This document shows positions 13,630 to 26,659 of a stretch of DNA of 64,000 nucleotides, piece after piece. The DNA lies in NCBI GenBank assembly GCA_951406725.2, contig OX597820.1, positions 116,126,001-116,190,000 of the forward strand, read 5' to 3'. Position 1 is the stretch's first letter; the number at the start of each line of letters is the position of its first letter. A model generated the notes under the pieces. That model was not told the origin of the DNA. It searched no databases and was given only the letters and a program-made list of their open reading frames with translations. Source of the stretch: Octopus vulgaris (lineage: Eukaryota). A program made the position numbers and the translations under genes.

Positions 13630-14381
13630 GTATTTTTATGCAATTTATTTCAAGTCTAATTGATGCTAATTGCACAACTAAGCCAAAAGATTCTGATTTC
13701 CATCAATTCTAATTTTCCTTGATGTGTGAATATTTACTTCAACGAATTTCATCTCTGTATATCATTTGATGACAAATGAATACTTTCCAAAATGACCTAC
13801 TTCCTTCCCTCACTTAGTGTACAGTTAGGAAGCTATCATGATATAATCTCAACAAGATTCAATCTTCCTTCTCTTTTCTATAGTATATCTTTATCTATAT
13901 TAGTGTGTTAGTATAGTTTATTTTATAAATATTGAACAGCCTGAAATATCTTTGATGAAAAAGCTACTGCTTCAATCTGTTATTGTCTAAATACTGTAGA
14001 AGTCACACCCTTAATTACTGTAGAAGTCATACCCCTTATTAAATGTTGGTGCAAAATCGCCCCCCCCCCCCCTCATCTTGAAACTTGATGTCAGCTTTGA
14101 TCTGTTTAAAAGTCACACCCCAGTTTTTTCAGTTAAAAATCATGTCTAAAATAGTGTGATTCATACACAAGTAAACACAGCATATAATTTGTTTCATTTT
14201 GTGATATTATTGATAAACAACAGAAATATTCCAAATGTTTTATTTTCATCTAGTAATCTTTTTCTACTACTTTTTACTATAATTATTATTACTACTATTT
14301 TATCTACTTTTCAGATGGATTTAATCAAGATATTGTTTCCATGGCTTGATTGAAGCTTTGGAAACATGTAAGTCCTGCCCT

Positions 14382-14850
14382 ATGCAACTAACATGTGTGT
14401 GGAAAAAAGCTGACCTCATTATCAAGGCTAATGGAGCATAAAAGAGTCCACACAGGTGAACGCCCTTATGTTTGCCAGGTCTGCCAGAAAAGGTTCACAC
14501 AGAAGGCTCATCTGGTCATCCATAAGCGTACACACACAGGAGAGAAACCGTACGCCTGTCATATTTGCCACAAGCGATTTGCCCAGTCGTCGCATCTGAA
14601 TAACCACAAGCGCATCCACACGGGGGAGAAACCTTACTTTTGTAATGTGTGCAACTTAGGCTTTAGTCGGAAACAGAGACTGGAGTTACATGTACTACAA
14701 CATGCACAGCAGAAGAGTGCAAACAGTCAACCAATAAACAATAACGATGATGTAAACAGTACGAACAGTAATGATAACAAATCTGTTGCATTTACGTCGG
14801 AAGCTGAAGCTGCGTACCAGCGTCCTCTATTAGATTCTACACAGTCACAG
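14382..14850 (+). CDS. C2H2 zinc-finger transcription factor (Ikaros/Hunchback-like), exon with four N-terminal fingers; start uncertain because of an apparent frameshift near 14395
   Basis: CGKKLTSLSRLMEHKRVH-TGERP-YVCQVC..H-TGEKP-YACHIC..H-TGEKP-YFCNVC..H; donor CAG/GTTTGT after 14850 (phase 0); upstream acceptor TTTTCAG at 14314; candidate ATGs at 14382 (out of frame as assembled) and 14431. Confidence 0.85.
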
Positions 14851-15760
14851 GTTTGTTATTGTCCTTCTATCATGTTTCTTGTGTCGATCTCCGAAATTTT
14901 TTCACTTCTTCTATTTGAAATGTTTTTGTCAAATAGACACAGGCATGGCTGTGAGGTTTAGAAGCTTGCTTCTGAACCACTTGATTCAGGGTTCAGTCTC
15001 ATTGTGCAACACATGTGACCCTGGGCTGATCAAAACCTTGTGAGTGGATTTGGTTGACTCAAACTGAAAGAAGCCCATCGTGTGTGTGTGTGCGTGCATG
15101 CATAAATGTGTGTGTGTGTTGGTATCTCTTTGCCTTGACATTGTGTGATTATTGTAAATGAGTTTCACTGTTATACAAGTGGTGTCCTTCCCTTCTAACT
15201 TCTGTGAAAACATGTCCAACTATAGGGAAAAATTACTTTACTTGGAGACAAGGGAGGGTTGGTAACAGGAAGGGCAACCAAATTCTTTCTGACCTAAGCT
15301 TAGAAATGTGGACATTAAAACGATGATGATGATCGTTAAATTTTGATCTCTTTTAACATTTGAAGGTTTAATTATTGCATAAGATGTCCTGCTACCTAGG
15401 TTTGTTATTGACTAATTAATATAAGTATTTAAAAGGAGTTATAGCAAACTTAATATTGGACGGAATAAAGTTAAATGCCTTTGACTTTTCCTAGCCAAAG
15501 GGTTTTTATTTGACCCAGTATTGCTATGCTTTAATTTACAACTTTGTTTTGAGTTCCATGGTTAAAATATTGTTTTAATTTATTGAGGTTTTGATAAAAA
15601 AAAAATGTTTCTAACTTAAAACAAATTTTTAACCAGAGACTAAATGTCTGTTGTTCAAAACGTGGACATCTTAAGACTAAAAACAAACAGTCTACTAAAA
15701 AAGACAAAGTTTTAATAACGCAGCATTTATAAAACAGTTATATAACAGTATAACAATTAT

Positions 15761-15918
15761 AGGCATAGGAGTGGCTGTGTGGTAAGTAGCTTGCTTACCA
15801 ACCACATGGTCCTGGGTTCAGTCCCACTGCATGGCACCTTGGGCAAGTGTCTTCTACTATAGTCTTGGGCTGACCAAAGCCTTGTGAGTGGATTTGGTAA
15901 ACAGAAACTGAAAGAAGC

Positions 15919-15957
<39 letters not shown>

Positions 15958-16140
15958 CTGTGTTTGTCCCCCCCAACATCGTTTGACAACCAATGCTGGT
16001 GTGTTTACGTCCCCATAACTTAGCAGTTCAGCAAAAGAGACTGATAGAATAAGTACTAGGCTTACAAAGAATAAGTCCTGGGGTCGATTTGCTCGACTAA
16101 AGGTGGTGCTCCAGCATGGCCACAGTCAAGTAAAAGAGTA
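15761..16140 (+). mobile_element. SINE family A (intronic)
   Basis: Full head and body. Confidence 0.85.
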
Positions 16141-16799
16141 TGATAATTGATAATTTTTGCTTCAGTCACATTTTCCATTTGCTCAATTCAATTAAAGCTT
16201 AAACATTGATACATTTTATTGCATGTACATAGTTGCCATTTAGAAATTTCTCTATCTTTAAGTGTCATCTGTTCTCAGCAGGTTGAATATCAAAGATATT
16301 CAACCATTCGAGAGGTGTAAGATTCATGACTTACTTTGGGTGAAGTTATGGGACACCGTTGATCCTTCCACTATTGCCCTTAGGCTGACCAAAGCTTTGT
16401 GAGTGAATTTAGTAGATGGAAACTGAAAGGAATTGTGTGTGTGTGTACCCTTATCTAGACATCACATGATGGTTGTAAATGAGCCTCATTGTTATACAAG
16501 CAGTGTAATTAATTTCCAGTCTATTGTGAAAACATCTGGCCTTGCAGAAATATTACCTTGCTTGGAAGCAGGTGGTGTTTGGTAACAGGAAGGGCATCCA
16601 GTTGTAGAAAATCTGCCTCAACAAATTAGTTCTGTCTCACCCATGCAAGCAAGGAAAATAGAATATTAAATGATGATGATTATAATGACAACGGCTGCTG
16701 CTGCTATTAATATCTTCTTTTAATTTTGTTTCTATTTCTTGCCAAGTGTCTCCCCAACACCTAGGGCAAAGAAACTCATTGTATACAGTGGTAAGCCAT

Positions 16800-17175
16800 T
16801 AAGATAAGCACACCAAATTGTTTATTTACAAAGTCATGTGACAGAAAAAAAGGGAAGAAAGACAGGAAAGAAAAAGAAAAAATGAAAAATAGAAAACAAA
16901 ATAAGGGGGAAAAAGGAAAAAAAAATTCCCAGTGACAATGTTCTTCTCAATATGTGTGACGTAGCAGTTAAGGCAATCTTTTGCACTCCCTGCATGGATG
17001 GTAAGCCAGGGATCATCTTCAAATAATTTTCAGTTCCTTTTTCAATCATTCCATCATTCCAAGTGCTCTTGCAATCTCTGGTATTGTAACCGTCTTGAGA
17101 TGCCACATCTTTTCGATTTCAATCAGCAAATCTTTATATTTTCTGAGCTTACCAAATACTTTTGTTGAGATATAA
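16800..17175 (-). mobile_element. Non-LTR retrotransposon 3' fragment, restriction-like endonuclease type (R4/Dong-like)
   Basis: Frameshifted KYKDLLIEIEKMWHLKTVTIP..ALGM and IPGLPSMQGVQKIALTATSHILRRTLS. Confidence 0.75.
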
Positions 17176-17515
17176 TTGTTGCTGAGACCTCCTTTGGTCA
17201 TAACTGACCGTGGGATTGCGCCTAGAAAGTTACCCGGGCACAAGTCCGGGCAAGGTTGTTTATGGAAGACCAGCAGTTGCCCATGCACACCAACGTCCCC
17301 TTTCCATGCCACAAGTGTTATGCAAGGGATAAGCAACAGCAGATACAGCTTGGCACCTGTGACGTCGCAACACATTTCTACAGCTGAGTGAACTGGAGCA
17401 ACGTGAAATAAAGTGTCTTGCTCATGAACACAACACGCAGTCCGGTTTCTGATTCGAACTCACAACCTCACGATCATAAGCTCGACGCTCTAACCACTGA
17501 GCCATGCTCCTTCAC
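17176..17515 (-). mobile_element. tRNA-derived SINE, family D
   Basis: Minus strand TGGCTCAGTGG A box and GAGTTCGAATC B box; homologous copy at 47485-47830. Confidence 0.8.
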
Positions 17516-17844
17516 AGATATAATTATTATTATTATTATTATTATGACGATAACAGTGATGATGATCACCACCACCACCACCACCATCATCATTATCATG
17601 ATCATCATCATCATGATTATTATTATTTGGCTTTGAGAACTCGGTCATCAAGATATGCAAATAACATTACTGATTTTAAATTAAAATAATAAACATAAAA
17701 GGGAATTACTTTTAAGACAGGGTAAAATCAACATGGCTTGGGAATGGGGGATGTTGGTATATGAGCGTGGATATTTAATGACATTAATATTTCCTTTGGT
17801 TAGCTTCTATCACATTTTAATTGTGTTTTAATCTTTTATTCTAG

Positions 17845-18789
17845 GCTCAAATATCTGCAGGTATTGGTGATGCTGGGATACAGACTATGAACTTTTCACA
17901 CCGACGTAAGCCAGCATTTGTCACCCGTGTAAGTAACGAAGAATATGAAATTATGCAAAACAATTTTGAATCTCAAACAGCTCCAGACCAAGATGATGGA
18001 GGTTTCTCTTTGTCAAGTCTAACTTCAGCTCATCATTCCTCGTTAATGAAGTCAGAACCAAAAGACTTTGATGAATTTGAAGCAATTACTCATGAACTAG
18101 AAGCAATTGCTCATCCAAATATTAACCAAGTCATGAGCTCAGAAAATCTAATGGTCCGCCAGGTGGATCCCCTTGATCAAGATGAGAATGACCAACCCAA
18201 ATCTCTAGAAGATTCTCTAGTCATACACCTCGATGGCACAACTCATTCAGAAGTACTCCGTGATGTGCATTCCAGTACTGAGCCTGATGTTGGCGTTATG
18301 TGTGCAGTGAGCACAACAGACATGCACCATGCTCAAGCGGGAGATGATGGTGATAGCATAACAAGTGAAAGCAACAATTCAAACTGTGAGCAAAGCTTAA
18401 CAAGCCGTGCTCCGAAAAGATCAATTCTTGGTCACCATTCAGTTAAAACATCTAAGTCACTCAATTCCCAAACACATCTTAACAGACACCGATCATTACT
18501 TCCCAACAGAACTACATCAGTGTCGACAAGTTGTTCTTCATCTTATGCACGGATTAACACCCGAGTGTGTCTGGTGGACTTCTCCACTGATGAGCTCATC
18601 ACTCACCTCATGTCTCGTGATGATGTCTATCGGTGCGACTTCTGCTGTTTGCTATTCCAAGATGCAGCAATGTATCATCTTCATCGAAGCATGCATGACA
18701 AAATGGACTGTCGTTGTTGTAATATCTGTGGCAAGCTTTCTAAAGACAAGCATGACTTCATTGCACATTTCCTTACTGAACATAAGTAA
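17845..18789 (+). CDS. Zinc-finger gene, terminal coding exon with two C-terminal dimerisation-type fingers
   Basis: Acceptor TTTTATTCTAG at 17844, phase 0 and in frame with ORF 17887-18789; C-terminus YRCDFCCLLFQDAAMYHLHRSMH...CNICGKLSKDKHDFIAHFLTEH matches the Ikaros/Hunchback dimerisation finger pattern; AATAAA at about 19244 and 19277. Confidence 0.9.
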   Translation, partial: AQISAGIGDAGIQTMNFSHRRKPAFVTRVSNEEYEIMQNNFESQTAPDQDDGGFSLSSLTSAHHSSLMKSEPKDFDEFEAITHELEAIAHPNINQVMSSENLMVRQVDPLDQDENDQPKSLEDSLVIHLDGTTHSEVLRDVHSSTEPDVGVMCAVSTTDMHHAQAGDDGDSITSESNNSNCEQSLTSRAPKRSILGHHSVKTSKSLNSQTHLNRHRSLLPNRTTSVSTSCSSSYARINTRVCLVDFSTDELITHLMSRDDVYRCDFCCLLFQDAAMYHLHRSMHDKMDCRCCNICGKLSKDKHDFIAHFLTEHK

Positions 18790-21154
18790 GAGATCATTTC
18801 TGTCAATCATTTCATCAAGAATGGCATCACCAATCATGTTCAGAATCATTTGTATCTGTATATTCATGTTTCCAATAGTTTTCCAAATCTAAATTCAGGA
18901 TTTCTAAAATTAAAACAATACTTTTTTTTTTTAAATTTAATATCCTCTCTCTCTCTTATTTCAAATCTAATAGAAATTTGTTTGATTTTTCAATGTCTGT
19001 ATTTGTAAGGTCGTTTATCTTTATGAAGTCTTCTATATGTATTATACATGTCTGTTTTCTCCTGATGCAGGGGATGAAATAACAGAGTGGATGAGGAATA
19101 TCAGCTCTTGGGTGATAAGTCTTGTATAATACACAGGCCTTGTTATTAATGATAGACAAGTGTTGTATCCAAGGAAAAATTTGCTTCTTGTGTGCTAGAA
19201 AACCAGGGTTAAAAAACCCCCTATGAATAGTGTTTAAGAAGGGAATAAAGTGACTGATATGATATACACTGTCTAAATAAATATGTTTGAATTTATAACA
19301 ACTTATTGTCTGAGAGCAGATGATTTTGAAAATGATAAATCAGAGAACTATCCATCATAGATCTTAAGTTTAGTTATCATAAAATGGGAACAAACAGAGA
19401 ATTTTTTGTTTTGGTATATATTTTTATAAATTCATGTGTTCATGAACATACATACACACACAATCTAATTTACACAAACACACACACTTCAAGTTTAAAA
19501 ATTACAAATGTCACTTAGTGACTCACCTCAATTTAGTTTCTCACTAAATACCTTACATTTATTCTTGTTTAAGTGCTTCAATATTTTTATCTTTTTTTGT
19601 TGTTGTTGATACAAAGGAAGATAATGCAAAAAATTTTTCAAAAATTTTGTGATTTTTCTTCTGAAAATTGTTAGGTAATGAAAACATGAAACTTTATAGT
19701 CTGTGGTATCAGCTAGAGAATCCACCTTGCAAAATTTTAAGACCCAAAAGAGTTGACTGCCTCAGTTAAAAATGATTCCAGCTGTGACTCCTAGGAACTC
19801 GTACCACTGTCCTGGGAATTCACTGAGACTCATATTGTTTTATACACCAATTATATTGTTGGTAACTTTTCAGTCATAATTATTGAAACAAATAATTTAT
19901 TTTGAGGTAACGCAACCACTTGCTGTGTTACAAAGCAAACATAAATGTATTTTTTTAAATATAAATTTTAATGTCACAAGATATTCTAGCACATTCAAGT
20001 TACCTTGTTTGTGACAAGCTATTTTCTTCTGAAGGTGGCAGGGTATTTTTTTTTCAAATTATGAAAACATAAGAATAAGGATAAATATTTACTTATATTC
20101 CTTACATTATACTGCATGATACATAAAATAATTGTTTCACATTTTGTGATCAGGGTGTTCCTCAATAACTGACCGACCATATTAACTCCATATACAGAGA
20201 GAAGTGATGTTCATGCTTTTCTCATAGGCATACATAGAGTAAATCAAATAACCACAGCTAAGAATCAAACATGGATCGTATTCTTGGTTTTACCAAGAGC
20301 TAACTACTTATGTTACACCATGTGGCATATAAATGCATACTGAGTACATTACTCTTTGTTTCTCACAAAAGCTACATGGTAACTGACCTCAGCTCTAATC
20401 CCTTTGCTTGTTCCTTCTTACCCCCAGAACATCAGCCCTTTGGAATCCCCTATCCACTCATATTTTTTTCCTACAGTTATTGACTTAGAGATATTCAAGC
20501 TTAACATTAATTGTCCCGAATCTCACTGGTGTCAGAGAGCCTGCAAAGGTCTTTGGCCCATCCCTTACTCTTAATTAAACCATTAGAAAGAGAAAAATGG
20601 TAACATGGGGGTTTGGTTCCCTACAAAAACGAATCTTCTCCATGCCATTCCTAAAGGGGATGAAGGATAGATCCATTGACAAGGATAGATCCATTGAAGG
20701 ATAGATCCATTCCATCATCATGTATTCTTTTAATACATCTCTACCTTTTCCTGCAGAGAATATACTCATCTGCACCATTTGTCAGGATCAGGCACCTTCA
20801 TGTTTTTACTATTTACTGGTAGATTTGGTAAATCCATATAGAAAAATATATAGACATGCATCACGATAATGTTTACACATGCAATAGTCAGTGCACTGTG
20901 GGTGGTTGCAATAAAAGCAGAACCTTCAACTAATCACTGACCTGGGTTATCTTAGATCAATTCACGATAACCATAACATGGCTCAATTGAAAATACTCTG
21001 CTCTCCCAGATCAATAATGCATGCATCAGTGATAAACAAAGCTATATGTACCAATATTAGATATGGCTAGTTCATTGCTTATTTGACCTTTGAAAATTAC
21101 TTTGGTCATAATGCTTTATAAGCAGGAAATAATGCTTGTTGTAACTATTGGTGC

Positions 21155-21695
21155 CATCATTATCATCGTTTAACGTCCATTTTCCATGCTGGCATGGGTT
21201 GGACGCTTTGACTGAGGTCTAGTGAGCCAGTGACTGTACCAAGCTCCAATCTGATCTGGCAATGTTTCTACAGCTGGATGCCCTTCCTAACGCCAACCAC
21301 TCTAAGAGTGTAGTGGGTGCTTTTTACGTGCCACTGACACAGGAGCCAGTCAGGCGGGCCTGGCATTGATCATGTTCAGGTGGTGCATTTTACGTGCCAC
21401 CAGCACGGGAGCCAATCAGGCGGACCTGGTATCGATCATGTTTGGATGGTGCTTTTTACGTGCCACAAGCATGGGAGCCAGTCTTGGGGTACTGGTAACA
21501 GCCATGTTTGGTTGGTCCTTTTTACATGCTACCAGCATGGGAGTCAGTCAGGTGCACCTGGCATGGACCACATTCAGATTGTGCTTTTTACGTGCCACCA
21601 GCATGGGAGCCAGTCTGGGGGTACTGGCATCGGCCACATTCTGTTGGTGCTTTTTATGTGCCACTGGCACGGGAGCCAGTCAGGTGGACCTTGCT
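21155..21695 (-). mobile_element. Short retroposon family C with about six 60-bp tandem units at its 5' end
   Basis: Core 21155-21320; units GGTGCTTTTTACGTGCCACCAGCACGGGAGCCAGTC... recur every 60 bp from about 21317 to 21690. Confidence 0.8.
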
Positions 21696-21754
21696 ATACA
21701 AAATCTTAACTCCAGAAAGTAAGAGTTATGAAGTTTTAATATAAGAGAGTAGGT

Positions 21755-22190
21755 AGGCGGCGAGCTGGCAGAATTGTTAGCACACTGGACAAAATGCTTA
21801 GAGGCATTGCGTCCGTCTTTAGATTCTGAGTTCAAATTCTACCAAAGTTGACTTTGCCTTTCATCCTTTCGGGGTCAATAAAACTAAGTACCAGTGGAAT
21901 ACTGGGGACCAATGTTATCAACTTGCCCTCTTTCTTGAACTTGCTGATCTTGTGCCAAAATTTGAAACCAGTATTAGAAAGGCAGTGAGCTGACAGAATC
22001 ATGAGCACACCAGGCAAATCACTTAGCAGTATTCTGTCTATCTTTATGTTCTGAGTTCAAATTCTGCTGAGGTTGACTCTGCCTTTTATCCTTTGAGAGT
22101 TGATGAAAAAAGTACCTGTCAAACACTGGGGTCATTGTAATCAACTTATCCCCGCCAACCCTGAAGTTGCTGGCCTAGTGCCAATATTAG
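21755..22190 (+). mobile_element. SINE family B, two tandem copies
   Basis: GGCGGCGAGCTGGCAGAA head and family B core, present twice. Confidence 0.75.
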
Positions 22191-23654
22191 ATAGTAGTAG
22201 CGGTTATAAAGTTAGGATAAGGGGATCTCTACTGTTTCCATTCCATGAACTATTTTCATTCCTTGATGTGATGGGTAATAAAGGTAACATATTCTACTTC
22301 ATATATGAGGTACCTACTGCCGTCCATGAAATATAGGCTGTCCACCCAGTTTACAAGCTCGCAAGAACATGATGATTTCCTCACATTTAGGCAGTTGGCA
22401 TAATATTGGAGCAACTGTTTTCACAAATGAATACCAAAGCTACTGCTAACCACTAGTCAATTAAAGATCCAAAGTTACTAATCTGGCAAATTGAAGTATA
22501 CATGCTTTGCCCTAGAACAACACATCATCATCATCCTCATCATCATCATCATCATCATTTAGTGTCCATTGTCCATGCTGGCATGGGTTGGATGGTTTGA
22601 CCAGGGCTGGTAAGCTGGAAGGCTACACCAGATCCCAGTCTAACTTGGCATGATTTCTATGGCTGGATGCCCTTCCTAATGCCAACTACTCCAAGAGTGT
22701 AATGGGTGCTTTTTTTGTGCCATTTGTGTGACACTGATATCTACCACGGCTGCGATATTTACTTGGCTTGATGGGTCTTCTTCTCAAGCACGACATAATG
22801 CCAAAGGTCTTGGTTGTTGCCTCCGTGAGGCCCAACACTCAGAAGGAACTTTTCATGTGCCACTTTGCCTCCATGAGGCCCAATGCCCGAAAGGTGCTTT
22901 TTACATGCCACCAGCACAGGTGCCAGTTATGTGATATCAGCATCAGCCACGCCTACGATTTCACAATGATTTAATAAAGTCTAATTGATTTAATAAAGTC
23001 TAATTGATGAAGATGAACAAATTCTAAGTTTTCTATTTGAGTGCTGAAATATAATTTTACAAATTTACCGAACTTGTTTCTTTATACTTTGATAATAATT
23101 TGAAAGCATAGCTGTATGGTTAAAAAGTCTGCTTCATAATCATGTGGTTTCAAGTTCAATTCCTCTGTATGGTATCTTGGACAGTTGTCTTCTACTACAG
23201 CTGTATAATATGTATGTGTGCATAGTTACCTGCATGGTTTTATATTGGCACCTGTTGAGCAGTGAAGTGTGTTTATGTCTTGCATAAACAAAGTTTAGCA
23301 CCTTGACCATTTGATACAGGAAAATGTGGAGTTAAGTACTTAAGTTAAAAAATTAGGGTTGGTGTTTGGAAGGATGTCCAGACATTAGCCTCATACCAGC
23401 ATGGAAAATATGGATGTATAAATGGTGATGTTTAATATTTAAAATCTGGTTATTGATGTATAATTGTATGGAAGTCCTGCTTCATTTTTATTAATTTAGG
23501 TGGGCTTTTTTCCTTTATTTTTATTGGCTTGAGACACACGAGGGTTCTGAAGTTAAGATGTTAAAGTTGGACTAGGTACCTATGACTATTTAGTTTGATA
23601 TTTGATACTCCCTTTATTGATGGATTGATAAAATAAGTCTTATTAATTTTCTCG

Positions 23655-24355
23655 GGTCCAGTTAGTGAGCTGGCAGAACCTTTAGCAGACTGGACCAAAT
23701 GCTTAGCAGCATTTCTTCTGAATCTTCATGATCTGAGTTCAAATTCCACGGAGGTTGACTTTTACCTTCTATCCTTTCAAGTTTGATAAAAGAAAGTACC
23801 AGTGAAGTACTGGGGTCAATGAAATTGACTGTCCCCTTCCCTCCAAATTTCAGGCCTTGTGCTTCTAGTAGAAGGGCTCGTTATTTGTTGTTAAGGGTGG
23901 CGAGCTGGCAGAATTATTAGCATGCTGGGCAAAGTGCTTAGCGATATTTCGTCTGTCTTTATGTTCTGAGTTCAAATTCCGCCAAGGTTGACTTTGCCTT
24001 TCATCCTTTTGGGGGTCAATAAATTAAGTACCAGTTATGTACTGTGGTCGATCTAATCGACTGCCCTCCCTTCCCCAAAACTTCGGGCTTTGTGCCTAAA
24101 GTAGAAAGGATTATTATTGTTGTTATTAAGGTAGAAAGCAGGCAAAATTGGTAACACACGAGATAAAAATGCTTAGCGGCATTTCTTTCAGCTTTACATT
24201 CTGAGTTCAAATTCCACTGAGGTTGGTTTGCCCTTCATCCTTTCAGGATTAATAAGAAAGTACCAGCCAAATACACTTGGGTGGGGTCTATGTAATAAGG
24301 TACCCCCCCCTCACTTCCCTTTCAAAATTGGTGGCATTGTGCCATAATTAGAAAG
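23655..24355 (+). mobile_element. SINE family B, three head-to-tail copies
   Basis: Head and core recur at about 23660, 23895 and 24130. Confidence 0.75.
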
Positions 24356-24691
24356 TATTTATTAGCAGGGTTTAGCAAGTTAGAAGAGTATTTATCTCAG
24401 TCTCGGTTTTGATATTCTTAACGGTTTCCAACTAATCTTCTCCCTAAACATTCCAACAAAAAAAAAAAAGTGAACTCAAATTTGCAGACTGATTGATTCA
24501 CTCTTTAACTCTTTAGCATTTAAACCAACCACATGACACCCAAATATTTTACCTATTTTAATGTTCAAACCAGCCAGATCCAGCCTCTCACACTTACCCT
24601 ACAATGTCATTCTAAAAATAATCACATCGTCAAAATCTTGAAGCTATGACATAATACACGATTAATTCCAAACTGTGAATAAATAAGCATT

Positions 24692-25057
24692 AATAAATCT
24701 CCTAACGAGATGTAAACAGTAACCGCTCGACAACGTAAAGTGTACTAGTCATTTGAATGTGGCTAGCCACTGGGGGTGGGTGTTACTGAAGCTTATAGCC
24801 CCGGAGATCATCGTCTCCAGCTGGCTTTAGACACACTTTCTGTGCTCTTCTGATATTCGCAAAGGGAGGTCATCCCCTCTCAAAAGCCTAAGTGATACAT
24901 GCGGACTATAGTTTCGAGGTATTTGCCTCTCGTCAACGTAGAGTACAGAAAGTGAGTCTAAAGCCAGCTGAAGACGATGATCTCCTGGGGCTATAAGCTT
25001 CAGTAACACCCACCCCCAGTGGCTAGCCACATTCAGATGGCTAGTACACTTTACGTT
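24692..25057. mobile_element. Penelope-like fold-back element nested in a TTAA-type MITE (24505-25112)
   Basis: Inverted arms about 24730-24846 and 24942-25057; flanking duplication GTGAATAAATAAGCATTA / GTGAATAAGTAAGTGTTA; hammerhead motif in the spacer; relatives at 43069 and 54045. Confidence 0.7.
24900..24940 (-). ncRNA. Minimal type-I hammerhead ribozyme (UUGACGA core)
   Basis: Minus strand TACG TTGACGA GAGG-caaata-CCTC GAAA CTATAG TC CGCA; palindromic stem III, GUC site, one mismatch in stem I. Confidence 0.7.
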
Positions 25058-26659
25058 GTGAATAAGTAAGTGTTACATTTAACCGAGTAATCAGAATTAC
25101 TAAAAGAGTTATAACAGGTTTTTGAATTTGATTTATTGTTCTTTATATTAATTTGAATCCTGCTGATTTATGTATTCAATGTCGGTACTGATCAAGTTGT
25201 CTGAATGATTGCAATTAGTTTTTATTATTATGGCAGACTCGTTAGCGTGCCGGGCATAATGCTTGGCGACATTTTGTCTGTCTTAACATTCTGATTTCAA
25301 ATGCTGCTGGGGTTGACTTTGCTTTTCGTCCTTTTGGGGTTGGTAAAGTAAGCACTGGGGTTGAAGAAATTGGTTTACCCACTCCCTGACCCCTGAACTT
25401 GCTGGCCTTGTGCAAAAATTTGAAATTATTATTATTTTTTTTTTTTTTCAAGCATTTGTTTTTCTTTGTAAATTCCTTCAGAAGCTGAACTTTTTGTGAC
25501 TTATCCTTACATAATTTGTTATTATTATTATTATTATTTGATTAAGGCCCACTATTTTTACCCCTTCAACCCATCAATTGCACTCCCCTTTTGTGCTCCT
25601 TTTTCAGAACCACTGCATTAAAAAGTGTCAACAATTTCATATCTGAACTATGACCACAGCCTTATTGATGAATGAATCACTGATATTGCAGAAACATCTC
25701 TTACAATGATTTTTAAAGACTTTTTTTTTTCTAAAACCCATTTTGTCATTTCTCAATAATACTCTAAACATATTCGATGCCATCTTTCATAGTTTGGTTC
25801 TGTTTTATTGAACCACTTTCAAACTGTGAAGAAGCATTTTTCTTTTCTTTTTTTTTTCTCTTTCTTCATTTGGTGAGTATTCTTAACGGGTACTTTTCAA
25901 AAACTAAAGAAACTCACCCCATACTGACTGGATGGACACACAAACACCCAAGCTTTCTGTCTCACTTAAATTCCATTAAATTCTATATTACTGTTACCTA
26001 GTTTCTCTTCCATTTCTTTCTCAATTTCTATTGTTTTGTTTTCTCTATATAACATTCCGTCCATGATATTTTTTTTCTCTGTCAGCAGTTTCTCAGCCTT
26101 CAAAGTGAACATATCATTTAAAAAAATCATTTTTGTACATCTTTTTATTTTCATTTCATTTTTCTACCATAGTCTTTATTTTGTTGTCAACCTTATTTTT
26201 TTCAATAATATTGTGAGTGGATTTGATAGATGGAAACTGAAAGAAGCCTGTTGTATCTCGCCCTACATGTGTGTGGACTTGTTTTGACATCACATGACAG
26301 TTGTAAATGAGTGCCTTACAAGTGGTGTCATTCCTTTACTTCTTTTAGTCATTGGACCGTGGCCATGCTGGGGCTGCAGTCCAATTACTAAAACAGATAA
26401 AAGGTATATCGGAGAAAGGTTAATCTAAAGCTATTTCTGATTGAAAACATTAAATTTTAAAAGATAACTTTTAAAATCTAATAACATACGACAATCTGTT
26501 TTTTGTACATTATTACTGTTATCAGATTATATTTCAGAATCAAGAGTTTTGTTTTCATTAGAACTCATAAATGGATGAGTGCCAAACTACATGATACCCT
26601 CAGCAAGTTTCTTCAGCTGTAGACTTGGGTTGACCAATACTTTTTGAGTGAAAATTAGC

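Noticed and set aside
14386-14400. A-to-I editing of TAA to restore a C-x4-C finger (CN*HVC)
   Set aside because: Needs two edits, a second in-frame stop lies at 14347, and the 5-nt repeat collapse explains the site more simply.
18407-18892. 161-aa overlapping ORF
   Set aside because: Alternative frame of the zinc-finger exon with no recognisable motif.
21317-21722. 60-bp repeats as a CRISPR array or a coding 20-aa repeat
   Set aside because: Whole units are homologous and form the head of a family C retroposon.
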